From Bugula neritina (Eukaryota; Animalia; Bryozoa): a DNA stretch of 64,000 nt. The notes beneath the pieces are model-generated. The model did no database searches. It was given only the letters and a program-made list of their open reading frames with translations, and was not told the origin of the DNA. How positions within the stretch are numbered: the stretch's first letter is position 1; each line of letters begins with the position of its first letter. The stretch lies in assembly GCA_964035545.1 (NCBI GenBank), contig CAXIUT010000183.1, forward strand, positions 806,001 through 870,000. Direction: 5' to 3'. Positions 14,417 to 27,805 of the stretch are shown one piece after another. The position numbers and the translations under genes were made by a program.

Positions 14417-17400
14417 CTTCTAATCTAATTAGGTTATAACTAAAGGAGTGGAGTGTGGTTGTGGTATTATGAGGGGGTGTTCAAAGTTTTATCAATTTTT
14501 TAAAACAATAGTAAAATAGATAAATAAGTAAATTATAATTTATAAAACAATAAGTTTTATTTTATATATAAATGACTAAAGCGCATGCTATCATAATGCT
14601 TTCAAAAAAGCACATAGAACGTTTATAATTCATATTCACCCCTCCCAAAACCTACCCTAGTCATTCCGCTGCTGCAGTGCACTGTCCTCAAACTAACTGC
14701 TCTGCATAATATCATACGTAGCTGTAAGCGTTACTTATCTTGCCCGATTGGATATGTTACTAGTAAAAGCTAGCTTCGTAAATAAAAACTTCGATGTTAA
14801 AACGCAATCTGTGAAGTGAACTTGCCAACTGGCGGTGGGATTATCATTTTAAAATGGAGTGAAAAACGTCTTTTACCTCTCAAACCTACGATGAAAGAGT
14901 GTACTTTGATTAACTTTAAAAGTTTAACTTCAAGGGTAAGTGAATATCACTGCTTCCTTCAGCAAATTCGCATATTTCATATTGCTTTCAAGCAATAATA
15001 TAGTTATTTTTGATAATTTTATAGAATTTGTATAGTTGTACTATTAGTATTACAGTAGACCTATACTGTGTACTATAACTATTACTATATTCATATTACT
15101 ATTATTATTATAGCATTGCACAGTATAACTAAACTTCAAAATTGAGTTTTATATTCATAAAAAAGGCATAGTATAATAGGAATGCATTGATGGTAGAACT
15201 ATTACTAAGACTGTAAGACTAGATCAAAATTGTCAGAGTTCATTTCATCATTATGTAATTAACTCTAAGAAAAATGGCCAAATTTATTATTGACTATCAC
15301 TTTTTTCTCCAATTATTTAGAGTACTGTAGTTGAGTAGGCACATAGAAAATATAGTTTTGCACTAAAAATCTTTTGTTTAGTAACTCTAATTGTACTACT
15401 ACTTGCATACCTAACTACATTTACTGTGAGTGACCAACTTAAAATACATTATAAGCATATGTTTCAAAAGAATTGGAGTCATCATGGCCATCATATCTAC
15501 TAAGAAATTATTTGAAAAATACAATTTCAAGGGAGCATCCAACCTAATAGTAATTGTAATTATGAGCTGTGTTTTTTAAAAAGTCACCAGCAGGCAGCTT
15601 TGATCTGCATGATTACAGTATAGGTAGATTTTACAGAATATATAAGATTACTATAGTACTAACTGCATGTGGTGTATGAACATGTTAATTCAAATTCAAA
15701 ATGTTGCAAATTACTTTTCAATGTATTGAGAAAACTGCTATTTATATTTTTAGATTGAGTTCCAAAAACAAGTGGGCTACTAGATGATTAGGTTTTGTCA
15801 AAGAAATGCTATAGCATGTGTACTCAGGACATCCTTTCTATGTCAGCATCAGCTTTTAGGATCTTTAGATTCTCTATACTCTTGCAAGACGATATATTTT
15901 TATGTTTAAAAAGCATAATACTCTACAACTGACACCTATATATCAAGACTCTACCTGCAAAAATAGGACTTTTATTACCAGATGTAAAAACTAAAATTAT
16001 TAATAATTGACAGGACTAATCACCCCAGCAATGTGCCTTTTGGTTAGGCTTTTGCAGCTTGAATTTTTATAGATTCTGCTTTTTTACAAAATCAGTTTTG
16101 ACATTCAATATTGTAATGTATGTTCAAGAAAAGTAATTAGGGAACTAACCTATTATTTCTCCCATGTTTGTAATATACTTATAGGATGTATTGCTATGAC
16201 AAGTCCTGACTTATTCCTTCACAATAGTATACAGCTGTTACACCTTCTGCATGTTTACATTATTCATTGAACTTGCTACTTCTATGCCTGATCATACGTG
16301 TATATATATTATACTATGTTTGAAAATCCACACTGATTTTCGTTTTGATCTTTAGCAATGGCTATCTGGTGTTAACTTGAATAAAACTGGTTGATTTGTT
16401 GCATATGCCTAAATTATTGAGTCAATTCTTGTTATGGAATATTATAACTGCAGCATCAGAATAATAGAAAATGCATTGCTAGTTATATCTGAGCTGATTA
16501 ACTGACACCTATCAGGCCGGAAACAAAACTGAATTCACTGGACATCTTCTTTTATCTTAAGGAAATTTTCTTTTCAAATTCTCAATACTTGTCTAGCTAA
16601 GATTAAAACTTTTCATCTTGAATGTTTCACTCAGGCAAGCATAGTGTCGGTCAGTCAGTCTAACTAGACACAGCTTTTTCTATTAGATGCTAAATTTAGA
16701 AACATAAATTAGTTGATAATCTTGGCTCCGAGTTTGTATACAAGCCGATGATATCATGCTTCAGTGAACACTGCGCAGCTATGATAACCAACTATTGATA
16801 GCTGCCAGGAGTACAAAGGAGCCCAGTTGTTTGCTGGCCTCAAATTTATTTCTCAGTGCAAGGCAACAAGATACAGCTCATAGCCAGTTTTTGGACATTT
16901 AGATAGAAGCCATTTAGGCTTGATTGGACCTTTTAAAGTTTAGACTGTATAAAACAGAGAGCAAATAGAATATATTTAAAGCACAGGCTCACGGTCTAAC
17001 ATTTTATATAGTTCAAAGTTCCAACTCACTTCAATAAGTGTTGATTACTGCTTATACTAATGTACAATGAGACCACAAAAGTACCTACTAGCTATATTAG
17101 AAACTTGCAGCGATCAAATCCTTTACCCAAACCATCTAAACTCAAAGTGGCCACACAAAATTCTGCATATCTGATCATTACAGCTACCAACAAAATCTCA
17201 CACATGACTATCTGATCTATATGCAAGTCTCTTTACTATTCTAAGCTATTGTGCAGAGTCCTTAACTGATTGTAATAGTTTAGCACTGAGAAGTGTTTTT
17301 GCAACTAAAAGAGGATTTTAATGATGAAGGTAATTTTGGCTTTAGGTTAGTCAATGGTAGTGAACAGATAGATTATTAGTCTAGCCTAAAAACATTATGC

Positions 17401-17903
17401 TTTGAGAGAAGAGCATCTCTAAATTATTTGTTACGGCTGCCTTTTCACGTTATTTAAATAATATGTGCATTGAAAGTTCAAAAGTTGTAGTCAAGCCTGT
17501 AATTATTAACAACTTTATTAGACTAGGCAAATGGATAAATATTGAGTTAGCTTTAGCATTTAGCTTGCTTTCAGAATCTGAAATAGTTTTACATGGTTTG
17601 TTGAAAAAGAAGTTACGAAAATTATCTTCCTTTGTACATCAAGTACATTGCACATGAAAAGAGCCACTAGTCTCTTGTAATAATAATAATGAGGTGATGC
17701 TGAGGCTTGCCATGACCACATACTTGCTCAATAGAATGTAGCCATGGTTGTAATATAAACAGGTGCAGCCCTAGCTAGTTTGATGGTCTGTTGGCAATTG
17801 TTCAACCTCATGCTAAATTATGACAAGTAGGCAATACGCATGCCGCCCACAGAGCAATAGCAACTAGGAACTGAGACTAGATTATGAGCCGATATTTTAC
17901 TGG

Positions 17904-17925
17904 GGATGACCTTAATTATGCTGTG
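17904..17925 (-). repeat. Right terminal inverted repeat
   Basis: GGATGACCTTAATTATGCTGTG, reverse complement CACAGCATAATTAAGGTCATCC. Confidence 0.93.
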
Positions 17926-17927
17926 TA
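17926..17927. other. Target-site duplication TA (right copy)
   Basis: Immediately follows GCTGTG; the satellite continues cactgcaacatactaccac as in the empty site. Confidence 0.85.
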
Positions 17928-18359
17928 CACTGCAACATACTACCACATATTGAAATACACTGCAACACATTGAAATGTACTGCAACATACCGAAATATAT
18001 GGTAAACTACTAAAATATACTGTAACAGATTGAAAAATACTGCAACATACTGAAATATACTGCGACACCTAGCAATATACTGTAACATACTGAAATATGC
18101 TCTAGCACACTGAAATACAATGCAACTTACTGAAATATACTGCAACATGCTGAAATACACTGCAACATCCTACAATATGCTGAAATACACAGTAACATAT
18201 TGAAATACACTGCAACACTTTGAAATATACTGCAACATACCGAAATATATGGTAAACTACTGCAACATACTACAACATACTGAAATACACTGCAACACAT
18301 AGAAATATACTGCGACATACCTAGATATACGGTAATATACTGAAATATACTGTAACACA

Positions 18360-21300
18360 TTGAAAAATACCGCAACATACTGAAATATACTGCGACACAT
18401 TGCAATATACTGTAACATATTGAAATATGCTGTAGCACACTGAAATACACTGCAACATCCTACAACATACTGAAATACACTGTAACATATTGAAATACAC
18501 TGCAAGAAATTGAAATAGACTGCAACATAACAAAATATATGGTAAACTACTGAAATAGACTTTAACACATTGAAAAATACTGCAACATACATAAATATAC
18601 TGTAACACACTGAAATATACTGCAACATACTGAAATACACTGTAACATTCTGAAATATACTGCAACATACTGAAATACACTGCTACATACTGAAATATAC
18701 TGCAACATACTGCAAAATACTGCAACATACTGAAATACACTGTAACATATTGAAGTACACTGCAACACATTGAAATATACTGCAACATACCAAAATATAT
18801 GGTAAACAACTGAAATATACTTTAACACATTGAAAAATACTGCAACATACTGAAATATACTGCGACACTTTGCAATATACTGTAACATACCGAAATATGC
18901 TCTAGCACACTGAAATACACTGCAACTCACTGAAATATACTGCAACAAAACTGAAATACACTGTGACATCCTGAAATATACTGCAACATTCTGAAATACA
19001 CTGCTACATACTGAAATATACTGCAACATACTGCAACATACTGAAATACACTGCAACATACTACAACATACTGAAATACGCTGCAACACATTGAAATATA
19101 CTGCAACATACCTAAATATACGGTAATATACTGAAATATACTGTAACGCATTGCAAAATACTGCAACATACTGAAATACACTGCGACACACTGAAATACG
19201 CTGCAAAATACTACAACATACTGAAATAAACTGTTATATATTGAAATACACTGCAATACATTGAAAAATAATGCAATATACTGAAATATACTGTAACACA
19301 CTGAAATATACTGCAACATACTGAAATACACTGTAACATACTGAAATATACTGCAACGTACTGAAATACACTGCTACATACTGAAATATACTGTAGCATA
19401 CTGCAACATACTGAAATACACTGTAACATACTGAGATACACTGCCGCATACTGCAACATATTGAAATACACTGCAACACATTGAAATATACTGCAACATA
19501 ACAAAATATATGGTAAACTACTGAAATAGACTTTAACACATTGAAAAATACTGCAACATACTGTAATATACTGTAACACACTGAAGTATACTGCAACATA
19601 CTGAAATACACTGTAACATACTGAAATATACTGCAACATACTGAAATACACTGCTACATACTGAAATATACTGCAACGTACTGCAACATACTCCAACATA
19701 CTGAAATACACTGTAACATACTGAAATTCACTGCAACATACTACCACATATTGAAATACACTGCAACACATTGAAATGTACTTCAACATACCGAAATATA
19801 AGGTAAACTACTAAAATATGCTGTAACATATTGAAAAATACTGCAACATACTGAAATATACTGCGACACCTAGCAATATACTGTAACATACTGAAATATG
19901 CTCTAGCACACTGAAATACAATGCAACTTACTGAATAATACTGCAACATACTGAAATACACTGCAACATCCTACAATATGCTGAAATACACTGTAACATA
20001 TTGAAAGACACTGCAACACTTTGAAATATACTGCAACATACCGAAATATATGGTAAACTACTGCAACATACTACAACATATTGAAATACACTGCAACACA
20101 TTGAAGTATACTGCAACATACCTAAATATACGGTAATATACTGAAATATACTGTAACACATTGAAAAATACCGCAACATACTGAAATATACTGCGACACA
20201 TTGCAATATACTGTAACATATTGAAATATGCTGTAGCACACTGAAATACACTGCAACATCCTACAACATACTGAAATACACTGTAACATATTGAAATACA
20301 CTGCAAGAAATTGAAATAGACTGCAACATAACAAAATATATGGTAAACTACTGAAATAGACTTTAACACATTGAAAAATACTGCAACATACATAAATATA
20401 CTGTAACACACTGAAATATACTGCAACATACTGAAATACACTGTAACATTCTGAAATATACTGCAACATACTGAAATACACTGCTACATACTGAAATATA
20501 CTGCAACATACTGCAAAATACTGCAACATACTGAAATACACTGTAACATATTGAAGTACACTGCAACACATTGAAATATACTGCAACATACCAAAATATA
20601 TGGTAAACAACTGAAATATACTTTAACACATTGAAAAATACTGCAACATACTGAAATATACTGCGACACTTTGCAATATACTGTAACATACCGAAATATG
20701 CTCTAGCACACTGAAATACACTGCAACTCACTGAAATATACTGCAACAAAACTGAAATACACTGTGACATCCTGAAATATACTGCAACATTCTGAAATAC
20801 ACTGCTACATACTGAAATATACTGCAACATACTGCAACATACTGAAATACACTGCAACATACTACAACATACTGAAATACGCTGCAACACATTGAAATAT
20901 ACTGCAACATACCTAAATATACGGTAATATACTGAAATATACTGTAACGCATTGCAAAATACTGCAACATACTGAAATACACTGCGACACACTGAAATAC
21001 GCTGCAAAATACTACAACATACTGAAATAAACTGTTATATATTGAAATACACTGCAATACATTGAAAAATAATGCAATATACTGAAATATACTGTAACAC
21101 ACTGAAATATACTGCAACATACTGAAATACACTGTAACATACTGAAATATACTGCAACGTACTGAAATACACTGCTACATACTGAAATATACTGTAGCAT
21201 ACTGCAACATACTGAAATACACTGTAACATACTGAGATACACTGCCGCATACTGCAACATATTGAAATACACTGCAACACATTGAAATATACTGCAACAT

Positions 21301-21961
21301 AACAAAATATATGGTAAACTACTGAAATAGACTTTAACACATTGAAAAATACTGCAACATACTGTAATATACTGTAACACACTGAAGTATACTGCAACAT
21401 ACTGAAATACACTGTAACATACTGAAATATACTGCAACATACTGAAATACACTGCTACATACTGAAATATACTGCAACGTACTGCAACATACTCCAACAT
21501 ACTGAAATACACTGTAACATACTGAAATTCACTGCAACATACTACCACATATTGAAATACACTGCAACACATTGAAATGTACTTCAACATACCGAAATAT
21601 AAGGTAAACTACTAAAATATGCTGTAACATATTGAAAAATACTGCAACATACTGAAATATACTGCGACACCTAGCAATATACTGTAACATACTGAAATAT
21701 GCTCTAGCACACTGAAATACAATGCAACTTACTGAATAATACTGCAACATACTGAAATACACTGCAACATCCTACAATATGCTGAAATACACTGTAACAT
21801 ATTGAAAGACACTGCAACACTTTGAAATATACTGCAACATACCGAAATATATGGTAAACTACTGCAACATACTACAACATATTGAAATACACTGCAACAC
21901 ATTGAAGTATACTGCAACATACCTAAATATACGGTAATATACTGAAATATACTGTAACACA
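18360..21961. repeat. 1801-bp tandem duplication (2 copies)
   Basis: ORF pairs 18562/20363, 19211/21012, 19728/21529; both copies carry the +1 variant tgcaacaaaactga. Single copy in the paralogous block. Confidence 0.92.
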
Positions 21962-24900
21962 TTGAAAAATCCTGCAACATACTGAAATATACCGTAACAC
22001 ACTGAAGTATACTGCAACATACTGAAATACACTGCAACGCACTGAAATACACCGCAAAATACTACAACATGCTGAAATACACTGTAACATATTGAAATCC
22101 ACTGCAACACATTGAAATATACTGCAACATACCGAAATATATGGTAAACTAATGAAATATACTGTAACACATTGAAAAATACCGCAACATACTGAAATAT
22201 ACTGCGACACATTGCAATATACTGTAACATATTGAAATATGCTGTAGCACACTGAAATACACTGCAACATCCTACAACATACTGAAATACACTGTAACAT
22301 ATTGAAATACACTGCAAGAAATTGAAATAGACTGCAACATAACAAAATAAATGGTAAACTACTGAAATAGACTTTAACACATTGAAAAATACTGCAACAT
22401 ACAGAAATATACTGTAACACACTGAAATATACTGCAACATACTGAAATACACTGTAACATTCTGAAAAATACTGCAACATACTGAAATACACTGCTACAT
22501 ACTGAAATATACTGCAACATACTGCAAAATACTGCAACATACTGAAATACACTGTAACATATTGAAGTACACTGCAACACATTGAAATATACTGCAACAT
22601 ACCAAAATATATGGTAAACAACTGAAATATACTTCAACACATTGAAAAATACTGCAACATACTGAAATATACTGCGACACTTTGCAATATACTGTAACAT
22701 ACCGAAATATGCTCTAGCACACTGAAATACACTGCAACTCACTGAAATATACTGCAACATACTGAAATACACTGTGACATCCTGAAATATACTGCAAAAT
22801 TCTGAAATACACTGCTACATACTGAAATATACTGCAAAATACTGCAACATACTGAAATACACTGCAACATACTACAACATACTGAAATACGCTGCAACAC
22901 ATTGAAATATACTGCAACATACCTAAATATACGGTAATATACCGAAATATACTGTAACACATTGCAAAATACTGCAACATACTGAAATACACTGCGACAC
23001 ACTGAAATACGCTGCAAAATACAACAACATACTGAAATAAACTGTAACATATTGAAACACCCTGCAATACATTGAAAAATAATGCAATATACTGAAATAT
23101 ACTGTAACACACTGAAATATACTGCAACATCCTACAATATGCTGAAATACACTGTAACATATTGAAATACACTGCAACACTTTGAAATATACTGCAACAT
23201 ACCGAAATAAATGGTAAACTACTGCAACATACTACAACATATTGAAATACACTGCAACACATTGAAGTATACTGCAACATACCTAAATATACGGTAATAT
23301 ACTGAAATATACTGTAACACATTGAAAAATCCTGCAACATACTGAAATATACTGTAACATATTGAAATACACTGCAACACACTGAAATATACTGCAACAT
23401 ACTGAAATACACTGTAACATACTGAAATATACTGCAACATACTGAAATACACTGCTACATACTGCAACATACTGCAACATACTGCAACATACTGAAATAC
23501 ACTGTAACATACTGAAATAAACTGCAACATACTACAACATATTGAAATACACTGCAACACATTGAAATATACTGCTACATACCTAAATATACGGTAATAT
23601 ACTGAAATATACTGTAACACATTGAAAAATCCTGCAACATATTGAAATATACTGTAACACACCGAAATATACTGCAACATACTGAAATACACTGTAACAT
23701 ACTGAAATATACTGCAACATACTGAAATACACTGCTACATACTGAAATATGCTGCAACATACTGCAACATACTGAAATACACTGTAACTTACTGAAATAA
23801 ACTGCAACACACTACAACATATTGAAATACACTGCAACACATTGAAATATACTGCAACATACCTAAATATACGGTAATATACTGAAATTCACTGTAACGC
23901 ATTGCAAAATACTGCAACATACTGAAATTCACTGCGACACACTGAAATACGCTGCAAAATACTACAACATACTGAAATAAACTGTAACATATTGAAATAC
24001 ACTGCAACACATTGAAAAATACTGCAACATACTGAAATATACTGTAACACACTGAAATATACTGCAACATACTGAAATACACTGTAACATACTGAAATAT
24101 ACTGCAACATACTGAAATACACTGCTACATACTGAAATATACTGCAACATACTGCAACATACTGCAATACACTGTAACATACTGAAATACACTGCAACAT
24201 ACTACAACATATTGAAACACACTGCAACACATTGAAATACACTGCAACTTACCGAATATATGGTAAACTACTGAAATATACTGTAACGCATTGAAAAATA
24301 CTGCAACATACTGAAATATATTGCGACACATTGCAATATACTGTAACATACTGAAAAATGCTGTAGCACACTGAAATATACTGCAATTCACTGAAATATA
24401 CTGCAACATACTGAAATACACCGCAACATCCTACAACATACTGAAATACTTTGTAACATATTGAAATACACTGCAACACATTGAAATATACTGCAACATA
24501 ACGAAATATATGGTAAACTACTGAAATATATTTTAACACATTGAAAAATACTGCAACATACTGAAATATATTTTAACACATTGAAAAATACTGCAACATA
24601 CTGAAATATACTGTAACACACTGAAGTACACTGCAACTGACTGAAATATACTGCAATATACAGAAATACACTGCAACATCCTACAAAATGCTGAAATACA
24701 CTGTAACATATTGAAATACACTGCAACACATTGAAACATACTGCAACATACCGAAATATATAGTAAACTACTGAAATAAACTGTAACACATTGAAAAATA
24801 CTGCAACATACTGAAATATACTGCAACATACCTAAATATACGGTAATATGCTGAAATATACTATAACACACCGAAATATACTGCAACATACTGAAATACA

Positions 24901-26227
24901 CTGTAACATACTGAAATATACTGCAACATACTTAAATACACTGCTACATACTGCAACATACTGCAACATACTGAAATACACTGTAACATACTGAAATAAA
25001 CTGCAACATACTACAACATATTGAAATACACTGCAACACATTGAAATATACTACTACATACCTAAATATACGGTAATATACTGAAATATACTGTAACACA
25101 TTGAAAAAACTGCAACATACTGAAATACACTGCAACGCACTGAAATACACCGCAAAATACTACAACATGCTGAAATACACTGTAACATATTGAAATCCAC
25201 TGCAACACATTGAAATATACTGCAACATACCGAAATATATGGTAAACTAATGAAATATACTGTAACACATTGAAAAATACCGCAACATACTGAAATATAC
25301 TGCGACACATTGCAATATACTGTAACATATTGAAATATGCTGTAGCACACTGAAATACACTGCAACATCCTACAACATACTGAAATACACTGTAACATAT
25401 TGAAATACACTGCAAGAAATTGAAATAGACTGCAACATAACACAATATATGGTAAACTACTGAAATAGACTTTAACACATTGAAAAATACTGCAACATAC
25501 AGAAATATACTGTAACACACTGAAATATGCTGCAACATACTGAAATACACTGTAACATTCTGAAAAATACTGCAACATACTGAAATACACTGCTACATAC
25601 TGAAATATACTGCAACATACTGCAAAATACTGCAACATACTGAAATACACTGTAACATATTGAAGTACACTGCAACACATTGAAATATACTGCAACATAC
25701 CAAAATATATGGTAAACAACTGAAATATACTTTAACACATTGAAAAATACTGCAACATACTGAAATATACTGCGACACTTTGCAATATACTGTAACATAC
25801 CGAAATATGCTCTAGCACACTGAAATACACTGCAACTCACTGAAATATACTGCAACATACTGAAATACACTGTGACATCCTGAAATATACTGCAACATTC
25901 TGAAATACACTGCTACATACTGAAATATACTGCAACATACTGCAACATACTGAAATACACTGCAACATACTACAACATACTGAAATACGCTGCAACACAT
26001 TGAAATATACTGCAACATACCTAAATATACGGTAATATACCGAAATATACTGTAACACATTGCAAAATACTGCAACATACTGAAATACACTGCGACACAC
26101 TGAAATACGCTGCAAAATACTACAACATACTGAAATAAACTGTAACATATTGAAATACACTGCAATACATTGAAAAATAATGCAATATACTGAAATATAC
26201 TGTAACACACTGAAATATACTGCAACA

Positions 26228-27805
26228 TACTGAAATATACTGCAACATACTGAAATACACTGCAACATACTGAAATACACTGCTACATACTGAAATATAC
26301 TGCAACGTACTGCAACATACTCCAACATACTGAAATACACTGTAACATACTGAAATTCACTGCAACATACCACCACATATTGAAATACACTGCAACACAT
26401 TGAAATGTACTTCAACATACCGAAATATAAGGTAAACTACTAAAATATGCTGTAACATAATGAAAAATACTGCAACATACTGAAATATACTGCGACACCT
26501 AGCAATATACTGTAACATACTGAAATATGCTCTAGCACACTGAAATACAATGCAACTTACTGAAATATACTGCAACATATTGAAATACACTGCAACACTT
26601 TGAAATATACTGCAACATACCGAAATATATGGTAAACTACTGCAACATACTACAACATATTGAAATACACTGCAACACATTGAAGTATACTGCAACATAC
26701 CTAAATATACGGTAATATACTGAAATATACTGTAACACATTGAAAAATCCTGCAACATACTGAAATATACTGTAACATATTGAAATACACTGCAACACAC
26801 TGAAATATACTGCAACATACTGAAATACACTGTAACATACTGAAACATACTGCAACATACTGAAATACACTGCTACATACTGCAACATACTGCAACATAC
26901 TGCAACATACTGAAATACACTGTAACATACTGAAATAAACTGCAACATACTACAACATATTGAAATACACTGCAACACATTGAAATATACTGCTACATAC
27001 CTAAATATACGGTAATTACTGAAATATACTGCAACATACTGAAATACACTGCAACATACTGAAATACACTGCTACATACTGAAATATACTGCAACGTACT
27101 GCAACATACTCCAACATACTGAAATACACTGTAACATACTGAAATTCACTGCAACATACCACCACATATTGAAATACACTGCAACACATTGAAATGTACT
27201 TCAACATACCGAAATATAAGGTAAACTACTAAAATATGCTGTAACATATTGAAAAATACTGCAACATACTGAAATATACTGCGACACCTAGCAATATACT
27301 GTAACATACTGAAATATGCTCTAGCACACTGAAATACAATGCAACTTACTGAAATATACTGCAACATATTGAAATACACTGCAACACTTTGAAATATACT
27401 GCAACATACCGAAATATATGGTAAACTACTGCAACATACTACAACATATTGAAATACACTGCAACACATTGAAGTATACTGCAACATACCTAAATATACG
27501 GTAATATACTGAAATATACTGTAACACATTGAAAAATCCTGCAACATACTGAAATATACTGTAACATATTGAAATACACTGCAACACACTGAAATATACT
27601 GCAACATACTGAAATACACTGTAACATACTGAAATATACTGCAACATACTGAAATACACTGCTACATACTGCAACATACTGCAACATACTGCAACATACT
27701 GAAATACACTGTAACATACTGAAATAAACTGCAACATACTACAACATATTGAAATACACTGCAACACATTGAAATATACTGCTACATACCTAAATATACG
27801 GTAAT
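26228..27805. repeat. 789-bp tandem duplication
   Basis: ORF pairs 26357/27146, 26637/27426, 26701/27490; -1 junction ggtaattact at 27011-27020. Confidence 0.85.

Larger units (their letters stand above)
12563..17925. mobile_element. 5363-bp TIR DNA transposon, apparently non-autonomous; CAC...GTG termini and 2-bp TSD most consistent with CMC/EnSpm(CACTA)-like
   Basis: Filled site ctgaat-TA-[CACAGCTTGATTAAGGTCA...TGACCTTAATTATGCTGTG]-TA-cactgc versus empty paralogues ctgaat-TA-cactgc (e.g. 51061-51074). The HOR register shifts by exactly 5365 = 5363 + 2 (ORF 8115 + 4647 + 5365 = 18127). The superfamily call is inferred from termini and TSD only. Confidence 0.93.
1331..20160. repeat. 4647-bp higher-order repeat, about 2.9 copies (1331-5977, 5978-10624, 10625-20160 interrupted by the transposon)
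   Basis: Identical ORF-track peptides recur at +4647 (1653/6300/10947; 1963/6610/11257; 3903/8550; 5827/10474). Confidence 0.95.

Noticed and set aside
17463-17657. 64-aa plus-strand ORF near the right end
   Set aside because: No motif, no convincing splice partners, and a similarly long open frame on the opposite strand.
12563-17925. Helitron or LINE insertion
   Set aside because: No TC...CTRR ends, no poly(A) tail and no long variable TSD; true TIRs are present.
12561-17930. 5-bp TSD (TACAC) implying a Transib/ProtoRAG or LTR element
   Set aside because: TACAC occurs at both junctions only because the element starts with CAC and the target continues with CAC. Taking 5 bp as the TSD removes CAC from the left TIR and breaks symmetry with GTG at the right end. 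No RAG1/RAG2-like, RT or integrase ORF and no LTRs are seen.
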